IMG/VR virus record: IMGVR_UViG_3300025066_000012
Span: 49,520-113,519 of that record
Strand: one strand, 5' to 3'
Origin: a virus
Lineage: Duplodnaviria; Caudoviricetes
Length of the DNA stretch: 64,000 nt
Both the position numbers and the translations under genes were made by a program. Under the pieces are notes generated by a model that searched no databases, had not been told where the DNA came from, and saw only the letters and a list, made by a program, of their open reading frames with translations. Below are positions 49,335 to 57,736 of the stretch, one piece after another (the stretch's first letter is position 1; each line of letters begins with the position of its first letter).

Positions 49335-49478
49335 ATTTTAATTCTCCGCACTCTATTCTTAATTATTAGCATAGCTAATCAAATATTTTTATAAAAATTA
49401 GTTGCCAAGCAAAATCCTAGTCCTATATATTCTAAGCAACCACGAACCACTCAGAGTCTTTCAGAGCAACCTCTAGGC

Positions 49479-50027
49479 TTAAGGGTTTCTTCTGCTCCGA
49501 ACAACCTTGGCGAAACTCCAGTCGAAAGCCTCTTCCCCATCATATACAGATCTTAATGTTGGATGCCAGCCGGAACTATATACCATAGCATCAATGTGAT
49601 CTGCTCCATTTAAAAATAATTGAAAAATTCGATGGTTACCATCATCCACAATCAATTGATTTTTATCTGTATTGTAATAAAGAACCGGAAGTCCCTCTGT
49701 ATGGCTCAGCTCACCTCGATATATATCTGCAAGAATATGATCTCCCTGACTTTGCAACATCGTCAGAGATTCAACAGGAATGTTCTTGATAAGAATTGCA
49801 TCTTCTAAGTCATGTCCAGTCCCTTCATATATTTCCTCTGGAAGATTCAGATTCCCGCCCGCCTCGGGCAATAACTTCACAGCCCGATCTGCTTCGTCTG
49901 TGAGCCCTTCTGCCTCTTCTCTCCGCTCCTCCACGGAAGCTTGCTTTAAGAGGCTTACAACGCGCGTGGCGGCTGTGGAGTGCCCCTCTCGATCTAACCA
50001 GCCCACTAGTGTTTCAGCCTTGATCAT
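49479..50027 (-). CDS. leader-bearing ParB/Srx-like protein
   Basis: P.L......LIVDDGNHR. Confidence 0.65.
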   Translation of the reverse strand: MIKAETLVGWLDREGHSTAATRVVSLLKQASVEERREEAEGLTDEADRAVKLLPEAGGNLNLPEEIYEGTGHDLEDAILIKNIPVESLTMLQSQGDHILADIYRGELSHTEGLPVLYYNTDKNQLIVDDGNHRIFQLFLNGADHIDAMVYSSGWHPTLRSVYDGEEAFDWSFAKVVRSRRNP

Positions 50028-50035
50028 TTTGCATC

Positions 50036-51151
50036 CTAAGCGTCAAAGAAAACAAGAGTTCCGGTTGGTTTCCAATCTTCTGCCTCTGGGTCAGCAGGCA
50101 CCGAAGGTCTTATTCCTATATTTTTCAATTGCACATCTATTCGCCTAGAGATATGAAGAATCAACATGTGTTTTATTAGTCTAATCACCCACTCCGGATC
50201 TAAACTAAACTCCTCTGCCATTTGATCCTCGAAACCAGAGCTCCACCTTTTGTATTTAATATTCTCTATATTGTTTTTGATTTTTTCAGCAGCTTTGTTT
50301 ACAACGCTTGTTGTTTCTGGCTCTCTAAGTATCTCTGCCAAAATCTTATTTCGTTCTTTTGCCGGTAGGCCCAAAGTTCTCTTTCGAAGCATTGCTATTG
50401 CGATTGAGTTATCATCATCATTCCATATAAGATCGGTAATTTCGCTGGAAATACTTAAAATGAAGGAAGAAAGGCCGGCATGTAATCCTGGATGAATCTT
50501 TTTCATATCATTATTATTTATTAGCTTTTCCATAACCTTCCAACCCTTGGGCCTTTCGGATATAAGCTCAGGCTGCAAAAATTTGCCAGAAGAATGAACC
50601 ATCAATTCATATTCGGCACCTAGAAGATCGTTAAAGATCATCCCTCTTGTGAGATCTTTTTTATCATCTTCAGCTGCAAGATCATATATCTTTATTAGTC
50701 TGTTGTTTCCAATATCCCACACAACACCAAAGACACCAGATCCAACAAACTTTGGTCGGCTTCCGTCACCAGCTGTTTGTACAGCTAATATAAATTCTGG
50801 CGTGATTTCATCTGAACTTATATGCTTCCCTCTTCCAAGATTAAGACTTAATACATCCTCCATAATCCAATCGAGATCCATTGAGGGAGCAGACCTCTCT
50901 TCTCCTGGCAAATTCCAGCCGGGATATGGACTAGTTTCTCTGATTAGTTTATCTACACTTGGAGTTGATGGTTCCATTGTTTTTCTATCTAGGTCTGGTG
51001 AGTCGAGAGAGAGCTGGTTCTCTTCTTCTTCGATATCCCAATCATCAGATATATTCTTGGAGCCACGCCACAGATTTTCTACTGCCCGAGCCTCTGGAAC
51101 TAATGCTTCCTTGGAGAGAAAGCTAGATAATTTTAATAGATGAGTCTTCAT
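50036..51151 (-). CDS. leader-bearing protein kinase-like enzyme
   Basis: VGSGVFGVVW, LIKI, VMEKL, DVQLKNIG, LVFFD. Confidence 0.72.
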   Translation of the reverse strand: MKTHLLKLSSFLSKEALVPEARAVENLWRGSKNISDDWDIEEEENQLSLDSPDLDRKTMEPSTPSVDKLIRETSPYPGWNLPGEERSAPSMDLDWIMEDVLSLNLGRGKHISSDEITPEFILAVQTAGDGSRPKFVGSGVFGVVWDIGNNRLIKIYDLAAEDDKKDLTRGMIFNDLLGAEYELMVHSSGKFLQPELISERPKGWKVMEKLINNNDMKKIHPGLHAGLSSFILSISSEITDLIWNDDDNSIAIAMLRKRTLGLPAKERNKILAEILREPETTSVVNKAAEKIKNNIENIKYKRWSSGFEDQMAEEFSLDPEWVIRLIKHMLILHISRRIDVQLKNIGIRPSVPADPEAEDWKPTGTLVFFDA

Positions 51152-51232
51152 GTTTTATTCCAAATCACTGTTTGCGTTTCGTACATGAATATTTTTATAA
51201 TTAGTAGGAAATAATGCTAATTAGTTTCAATT

Positions 51233-51267
51233 AAAAAAGGGTAGCCCCGATGCGGAGCTACCCTTTT
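51233..51267. terminator. intrinsic terminator
   Basis: AAAAGGGTAGC.CCG...CGGAGCTACCCTTTT. Confidence 0.8.
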
Positions 51268-51284
51268 CCTTTTGTTATTTAGTC

Positions 51285-51635
51285 CTATTTCCAGTTCGGT
51301 TCTTCTTCCGGCTCTCCATCATCATATTCCCAGCCTACAACTTCGGCATCCTTTGGAACATGTTTGGCCAGTACAGTCTCAAGCATTTCATCAAAACTAA
51401 CTTTATCAGGTCCGAAATATCCATCTTTCTTCCCATACAGGTCGGGCTACAAAGTAAGTCTTCAATTTGATATCGGGGTTTGCAATAGTTCGATGGAATC
51501 TATCAAGCAATCGGTATTTAGTTGGTTCCTCATTCAGAAGAACGCCATAAGCATAATGCTTACCCGCATACGCACTCACGTCTGTGAGCTTGCGCGAATA
51601 TTCAAAATCTTTTCAATTATAAATTCATTAGTCAT
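51285..51635 (-). pseudogene. probable frameshifted gene remnant
   Basis: three consecutive protein-like segments in different frames ending ...AEVVGWEYDDGEPEEEPNWK*. Confidence 0.4.
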
Positions 51636-51787
51636 CAAACATTACCCCTAATACATAAGGCTAGCAACAGAAATGAGCCAGTTAAATATGAAACTATCAA
51701 CATCCATAAGATAGCAGACATCATTTATCCTTGATGCTGACTAGCAAAAAATAGAGTAAACCAATGGCCAAAGCGGTTGATACAAGA

Positions 51788-52042
51788 TTAGTGAACCATA
51801 TAGTCATAGTCGTCTCTCTCAAAGGCCATTGGGTAGCCCGAGAGAGTTCTGGTCACATGCCTGCGAAGATTAAATTCTAACTCTTCATCACCCGCACTTC
51901 CGTGCGCAAACATAGACATGACAGCGCTTGTGATTAATTCAAGTGTAGAATAGCTATCCATATAATCGGAGGAAGTTTCAAGGAACATAGCAATAGCCTC
52001 TACGAGTTCTTCTTCTGTATAAATATCAAATGGCTTGCTCAT
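51788..52042 (-). CDS. hypothetical protein
   Basis: ORF only. Confidence 0.6.
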   Translation of the reverse strand: MSKPFDIYTEEELVEAIAMFLETSSDYMDSYSTLELITSAVMSMFAHGSAGDEELEFNLRRHVTRTLSGYPMAFERDDYDYMVH

Positions 52043-52047
52043 CAGAC

Positions 52048-52692
52048 TTAATCCTCAGGTAGATATGGAATATCTTCATCGGCATCTTCGGCTGGCTCAA
52101 ATGGATCAACCTTCGGATAAACTCCCTTTGTTTCTATGTCCAGCTTAGGGACTAGGTTAGGGACCAGGTTAGGGACTAGGCTGACAAAAGAGAAATCAAA
52201 TGAAAGCTGTGCAGGCTCGCTTAACCTCTCAATTTCATTTAAAAAATCAACCGATAGAGCCGGAGATGAAACCTCAAAAGAAAAATTTGAAGAGACCGAA
52301 TCTTTATTAATAGATTCAAATCCATTAATTTCATAATCAAAAATATCACCATTCTGATTGGAGAGCCGCCCCTCAAGTTCTGCAAAAATAGAATCAAAAG
52401 TTATAGGAACATCCATAACTATATCATCAGAAGTAGATGTATGTCGATCTTCAAAGATATCTGTATGATTTGAGAAGTATTCGTAACTCCTTTTCTTCTC
52501 TGCTTTTAGCACAAAGGGATGCTTGGAATCATTATCCTTTAGAAACTCTTCGATTATGTATTTTGGCTCACACTCTAGAACAACAGCGTCCGTCGCTCGA
52601 TTGAATAGCCTGTATGTTTCTGTGCCAACTCTCACCACATAGTAGAGAGGAAGGTATATATCCGTATCGCCGTCGTTGTTGTTGTTGCTCAT
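52048..52692 (-). CDS. acidic hypothetical protein with 12-nt VPNL repeat
   Basis: ORF with SD; gggactaggtta x3 near 52148-52180. Confidence 0.6.
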   Translation of the reverse strand: MSNNNNDGDTDIYLPLYYVVRVGTETYRLFNRATDAVVLECEPKYIIEEFLKDNDSKHPFVLKAEKKRSYEYFSNHTDIFEDRHTSTSDDIVMDVPITFDSIFAELEGRLSNQNGDIFDYEINGFESINKDSVSSNFSFEVSSPALSVDFLNEIERLSEPAQLSFDFSFVSLVPNLVPNLVPKLDIETKGVYPKVDPFEPAEDADEDIPYLPED

Positions 52693-52744
52693 AATTGATT
52701 CTCCAATTAAAACAAATTTTTATTAATAGTTATTTGCAATTCTT

Positions 52745-53233
52745 TTAGAAAGAATTGTTCAGAGGGAATTCGCGAAGAAGTGTTACAGAAGTAATTAGCT
52801 GCGCGTTGATAATACAATCTTCTTGTGCATTTTTTAGAGTAAAGTAGTCGGACAGAAGGAAGCACTTATTGGTCTGCACAAGATCCTTAAACGATCTCAG
52901 AATTGATGTGCCTCCACTCTCACAGTTTGAGGTGAGCCAAAAATTACTTACACAATGTTGTCCAACATAATTGATCAATATGCGGTGGGTGTATTCCCCG
53001 CTCTTTGTCTCGGTAATATCATCTTCCCCGACGGTATCGGAAAAATCAGATACACTGCCAACCGGCATAGAGAAAACCTTTTCCCGAAGAAGACTTAGTG
53101 CAATCTGCAGACCTCTAACCTCAGAGTCACTCCAATTGCAGAGTTCTGTTTCACCGAAAAGCCTTTCGGCCTCTTTAACGAAATCTTGAAGAGCAAGGTA
53201 CGTTTCAATTGGATCTGGTGTATTGGAGTTCAT
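52745..53233 (-). CDS. hypothetical protein
   Basis: SD GAGG before MNSNTP. Confidence 0.6.
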   Translation of the reverse strand: MNSNTPDPIETYLALQDFVKEAERLFGETELCNWSDSEVRGLQIALSLLREKVFSMPVGSVSDFSDTVGEDDITETKSGEYTHRILINYVGQHCVSNFWLTSNCESGGTSILRSFKDLVQTNKCFLLSDYFTLKNAQEDCIINAQLITSVTLLREFPLNNSF

Positions 53234-53372
53234 AATATCCTCTGTGCTGAGATTGTGCTTAACTGGCGGGACCAATGCAAATTTAACCACAACCATCATT
53301 CTGACCACTATTTTTGGTAATGAAGTTTTATGAAGAGTATGTCAAGAGGTAGACGCACCGCTCCACTTGACG

Positions 53373-53401
53373 ATAGTAGGCACAAGGCTTATAATAGAAA
53401 A
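53373..53401 (-). promoter_or_regulatory. promoter motif copy 7
   Basis: TTTTCT-N17-TACTAT. Confidence 0.75.
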
Positions 53402-53566
53402 CGCTTAAAGGCTCGGATGCGCCGCCAGCCTTACAGGTCGGTGCTAGCGGAGCCCCAAAAATATGTGAAGATTTTGCCCGCTTGTCGGGCAATGTTATCG
53501 CGCGCGGGGCCTAAGCTATTAATAAATGTTGGTAAATTAATCCACCGCTTCCAGGGAATAAATCAT

Positions 53567-53989
53567 ATGTTTTGCGCCAGCTTAATTGTTCTTCAAAATA
53601 AAGATAATAACTTTCTTATCCTAAGGAGAGCTACAAATATAAAAACCTTCCCAGGATTATGGGGTCTGCCGGGAGGCAAAGCAGAGGGCAATGAAACTCC
53701 CGAAGAAACCGGAAAGAGAGAACTGCTTGAAGAGACTGGAGTTATAGTATTGAAAAGTCTTCTAACTCCGCTAGCAATAACTACTTCTAATGAAAAAGAT
53801 TATTACTTTTTTCTGGCCTACACCTTTGGGTCTGAAGTAATGCTGGATCATGAGCATACAGATTTCAATTGGGTTTCTCTTGAGGATTTGCCGATTAAGT
53901 GTGAAATGGGGATTCCGGAGGAAGCAATGGAGAGATTGAGGGAGTTGAGCCTAACCGACCTACGCTTTGAGCGCGGAACACAAGGTTGA
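53567..53989 (+). CDS. Nudix hydrolase
   Basis: GGKAEGNETPEETGKRELLEETG Nudix box; EH..F.W. Confidence 0.9.
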   Translation: MFCASLIVLQNKDNNFLILRRATNIKTFPGLWGLPGGKAEGNETPEETGKRELLEETGVIVLKSLLTPLAITTSNEKDYYFFLAYTFGSEVMLDHEHTDFNWVSLEDLPIKCEMGIPEEAMERLRELSLTDLRFERGTQG

Positions 53990-54471
53990 GCTATCAGGCA
54001 GCAAGCCCTGTCTGATCCTTATCAAGTAATTTCTATCATATGCTTCGGCCTACTATATCTCTGTGGAGAAATGCGCCGTAAAATTGACCTGGCCTTTCGA
54101 GCGTGAACGAAGCTCGATGAAAGGATGATCTAAGTGCCTAAACTGTTTCATTGCAGCATATACAGCCAGAGTAAGAATCCCAGATTCAACTCTTCGTTGG
54201 TTGCCCGGATGGAGAAATGGTTTAACAGAGTTTTTCCGGCATCCTTGGGGACATTTCTGGGTTGACTTACCGGATGGAAGACGCATTAGTTACGATGCAA
54301 TCAACAAAGATGTATCAGCACTAGGACAGCTTTGGTTTGTCGGAGAGTGGAGACACGGGCGACATACAGTTGGAAGTCTAACAATTACTATTGATAATAA
54401 AGGTGAGAAATTTTAATTCTGCTAATACTTTGACTAAAGTTGTAAAACAAAAAACTTTACAGAGGTTTCAA

Positions 54472-54789
54472 ATGTTAATAGAATTAGCAAAACTAGCTAG
54501 CGATCTGGATATTAAGGGCCACTCCGAAGAGGCAGACGCTCTAGATGATCTCATAAATAAGATGGCCCAAGATGATTATCATGATGATTATCATTTTGGG
54601 TTTGGCGAAGATGAAATGGTAGATCTTCTTAAGCCTGATCCAATTAGAACGATTAAAGAGCTAAATAGAGCTACAACGTTCGCTTTAGAAGATGAAGATT
54701 TTAAAAGCTCAGCAAAAGAAACTTTCTATAATTTTTTTCGAATAATTAAGCCATTCTTAACTGAAGGCGAGATAGAAAATCATGGTTGA
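54472..54789 (+). CDS. leader-bearing small protein
   Basis: SD GAGG; MLIELAKLASDLDIKGHSEEADALDDLINKMAQ. Confidence 0.7.
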   Translation: MLIELAKLASDLDIKGHSEEADALDDLINKMAQDDYHDDYHFGFGEDEMVDLLKPDPIRTIKELNRATTFALEDEDFKSSAKETFYNFFRIIKPFLTEGEIENHG

Positions 54790-54976
54790 TAGTTGCCAGT
54801 CCCTTGAAGACGAGACTGTCAACTCAGGTAATCTGTGGGCAGAAGAAGTCAAAGAAGATACATTAGAGCAGTCTATAGAAGATTTAATTAATTCGATAAT
54901 TAATTGTACCGAACTTGCTCTTGATTTGGCGAAAGCCGCTGAACAAAAAGCTATAAAGATATTAAATGGGGATTAG
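54782..54976 (+). CDS. hypothetical protein
   Basis: overlapping plus-strand run. Confidence 0.55.
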   Translation: MVDSCQSLEDETVNSGNLWAEEVKEDTLEQSIEDLINSIINCTELALDLAKAAEQKAIKILNGD

Positions 54977-55285
54977 ATGGAACCGATCACATGGGGAGCG
55001 TTAGGAGCTATAGTTCTTTTTATAGTCTCTGTAAGTACGTTCATTTTTAAACTAACAAAGGACTATGATATTAAGACTAATGCAAAGATTGCAGCGGCCA
55101 TAGATTCTTATAGGTTAGAAGCTGAAGCTAGGATTGCTCCAATAGTTTTAGAGATAGGTTATCTAAAACAAACATCTGTTCGACAGGAAGATCTAACAGA
55201 ACTCAAGTCTGATGTCAAAACCTTGGTTGCCAGACTGGAAGATATGAGAATGCTCATACTTGCGCTGAGAGATTCCGGCCAGTAA
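54977..55285 (+). CDS. single-TM coiled-coil protein (holin/hemolysin-like topology)
   Basis: N-terminal TM helix followed by coiled coil. Confidence 0.55.
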   Translation: MEPITWGALGAIVLFIVSVSTFIFKLTKDYDIKTNAKIAAAIDSYRLEAEARIAPIVLEIGYLKQTSVRQEDLTELKSDVKTLVARLEDMRMLILALRDSGQ

Positions 55286-55319
55286 ATCTCCGGCTAAAAG
55301 CTTAATACGAATAACGAAC

Positions 55320-55351
55320 AAAGGCCCCACCGCGTAAGCAGAGGGGCCTTT
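55320..55351. terminator. bidirectional terminator between convergent runs
   Basis: AAAGGCCCC...GGGGCCTTT. Confidence 0.8.
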
Positions 55352-55387
55352 GTAGTTTTTCTGGTCTATAGTCTAGCGCGCAGATGA

Positions 55388-55600
55388 TTATCTCATAATT
55401 GTTGGACGAAAATACTTGCCGAGTGCGGCGTCATGTTGGCAATTCAGACAACTTCCAAATTCATACTCTGTCTTGCAGCAGCACACCGAGCACCATTCGA
55501 TATAGCTTCCATTGTCATTGCCTCTTTGGTGACTTTTCCTTGGATTGTGCTCGACCGACGCATATCACCATGCACGGCTTCTAGCGTTAGGCTTAGACAT
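55388..55600 (-). pseudogene. small zinc-ribbon gene with in-frame TGA at codon 12
   Basis: SD GAGG; MSKPNARSRAW*YASVEH...WCSVC...CLNC. Confidence 0.45.
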
Positions 55601-55833
55601 TGTTACCTCTTCCAACAGGTGATGCACATTACTGTGCTTGGTAAAATCTTCTCAACATGGCAGCGTGTCAGAAACCTTTGGATAAGACCTCTAAACATGC
55701 AATACAAAACATACCGTCAGATGGTGCTCCGCATTCGCCACAATGATCATCACAATGACCATGTGGATGCACTCTATCTGGATTACACTTAAGATTATTA
55801 CGGAACGATTAGACATTAACAATGACAATCTCT

Positions 55834-56160
55834 TTATTGGTTTCCGTCTACATATTCCTTTGCAGCCTCATGGTAAGCTGAACCTTCCGGCCAGCGATGC
55901 CACTTGCCTTCACAGTCTGGACACATCCAGTAAAGAACTCCATCATAAGTCCCAGAAACTTCAACTCCGATAGTTTTCATGAAATGCTTGGCGGGACCAT
56001 AGTGATGATTGCTCAAACACTCTGACTTGTAATTCCGGTCTTTCCTCTTTGTTTCAAACTCCGCGTCCCTATCACAAGAATCACTACACCTCTGGTATTC
56101 TGGAATCTCAGAGTGAACAAGTGAGCGGCTACAGTGGGGACAGTTTAGTGAATCAGACAT
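55834..56160 (-). CDS. zinc-ribbon phage protein
   Basis: CPHC ... IGVE...YDGV.YW.CPDC...W.R. Confidence 0.7.
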   Translation of the reverse strand: MSDSLNCPHCSRSLVHSEIPEYQRCSDSCDRDAEFETKRKDRNYKSECLSNHHYGPAKHFMKTIGVEVSGTYDGVLYWMCPDCEGKWHRWPEGSAYHEAAKEYVDGNQ

Positions 56161-56282
56161 TTGTTATCTTCTCAATCTCTTTGCGAAAGAATTGCATAGG
56201 ACCAATCGACCCCATACTTTCCTCTAGCTCAGAGAGCCAGGGAAGCACAAACCGGCGAAAGACAATCGGACGGAATCAAAGA

Positions 56283-56483
56283 TTAATCTTTTTGAGGAAG
56301 GTTCGCACAGACTTCTCCGCAGTCACAAGCGTAATTATGCAGAGCGTCCCAAAGACCTAACTCTGCAATGGGGATATCTTTATCCGTTAAACCATACCTT
56401 TTAGCAATGAAGCCCACAATAAGGTCATGTGCCTCGTAGGCAACCGCGACAGAATTGGTATTTTTAATTCCATTTGTACGCAT
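56283..56483 (-). CDS. hypothetical protein
   Basis: ORF only. Confidence 0.45.
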   Translation of the reverse strand: MRTNGIKNTNSVAVAYEAHDLIVGFIAKRYGLTDKDIPIAELGLWDALHNYACDCGEVCANLPQKD

Positions 56484-56485
56484 AT

Positions 56486-56692
56486 CTACTTACTCTTGCG
56501 CTTACTCTCGACCTTTTCCTCTACAGGCGAAAGCTGGGCCTCTAGGCGAGCCCTTTCCTTTCCTGAGTTACCGGGGCGAGAGTCAAGCAGAGCAAGGCGC
56601 TCCGCAATGGTTAGAGAGGCATACTTAGCGGCGCGAGCCTCGGCGGCTTCACGGCGGGTCTGACGGGCAAAATGAGTATTCTTATAAGGCAT
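56486..56692 (-). CDS. small basic protein
   Basis: ORF with SD. Confidence 0.65.
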   Translation of the reverse strand: MPYKNTHFARQTRREAAEARAAKYASLTIAERLALLDSRPGNSGKERARLEAQLSPVEEKVESKRKSK

Positions 56693-56752
56693 AATATATT
56701 TCCTAATTGGCTTGGGTTAACAGCTTTCTGCAATCATACATTTAAAGGAAAA

Positions 56753-57046
56753 TGGCATCCCCGGCAGGATTCAAACCTGCGACCTACGGATTAGCTTACC
56801 CACTACAGCTTTCGCTGCTGCCGAAGCATTTGGGGTCTGGACTTTCTCTCAACCATATCCAAAATGGACTTAGGCTACCCCCGTCAAGTCTCTACACTTT
56901 CCTCTTACGAGGCTTAGCTCGGGATTACCATCGGCGTTATCCGTTAAGGCTTCCCCGAATTTGAGGGTATATGCAAACCGAAATTTCTTTCAGAAAGCTC
57001 CATGTATCTTTAAGTCCGTTGCTCTATTCAGCTGAGCTACGGGGAC
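56753..57046 (-). tRNA. tRNA-Arg(UCU), intron-containing (exons 57046-57012 and 56794-56753)
   Basis: spliced: GTCCCCG TA GCTC AGCTGAATA GAGC A ACGGA CT TCT AA TCCGT AGGTC GCAGG TTTGAAT CCTGC CGGGGAT G CCA. Confidence 0.9.
56795..57011 (-). mobile_element. group I intron (IC3-like), 217 nt, no ORF
   Basis: follows exon U, ends in G; core AAATTCGGGGAA, AATCCCGAGC, GTAGAGACTTGACGG, GAGAAAGTCC. Confidence 0.88.
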
Positions 57047-57242
57047 ATATCCATTCCTATAATCAAATCAATCTATCAACACTATCTTGTCAATTCTCTA
57101 ACATAAACTCCGCAGAGTAAAGCATTCTCTTTTGCTGCTCAGGTAACGCACCAAACATTCTTCTTTGGAAGAATAGATAATGCCATTAAGTCACCACACC
57201 AATGATTCTAAAACATAGAATAAAAAACTTCATTTAATTCCC

Positions 57243-57677
57243 TTAATCCCTTGGCACTAGGTCTACGTTGTCAACTTTAACTTTGCAAGCTAAGTTATAT
57301 GATAGACCATCTTTATCAAAGATAATAACATCATATGCTTCATGCGGATGCTGATTATTATTACTGGCTCGGCTTAACGCGGCCTTGCTAAAGCCTGAAT
57401 AAGTATTCCTAACGATCTCTAGAGAAGAGAACTCGCTACCTGTGTCACCAGGAAAAAGGATCAAACAAAGCATATCCTCTGACTCATCGCATAGCCACCT
57501 TTTAATGACACCACTATCGCTGTCACGAAAGTAGCTTCTGCCGTCATCCGTGTACCCGGTGATCTTAATAAAGTCAGCCAGCTTATTCTCTGCTACATTT
57601 TCCCTCTTAGTGAGTTCGTTCTTAAGCTGCTCATATGTAAACTCTTCTATGCTTGTCGTGTAAACTCTATTAATCAT
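57243..57677 (-). CDS. hypothetical protein
   Basis: ORF with SD AGGAG. Confidence 0.6.
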   Translation of the reverse strand: MINRVYTTSIEEFTYEQLKNELTKRENVAENKLADFIKITGYTDDGRSYFRDSDSGVIKRWLCDESEDMLCLILFPGDTGSEFSSLEIVRNTYSGFSKAALSRASNNNQHPHEAYDVIIFDKDGLSYNLACKVKVDNVDLVPRD

Positions 57678-57736
57678 ATTAAAACTCCTAAACTATCAAT
57701 TTTGCGAACTGTTATCACTTCGTAAACTCTGAGTTC

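Noticed and set aside
53330-53566. N-terminal extension of the Nudix ORF
   Set aside because: It runs through a divergent promoter and motif region; the domain starts at ATG 53567.
56791-57013. Amber suppressor (CUA) or Leu(UAA) reading of the split tRNA
   Set aside because: CUA needs a 6-nt loop; UAA appears only in the unspliced precursor. Splicing after U34 gives a 7-nt loop with UCU and an Arg-type D loop.
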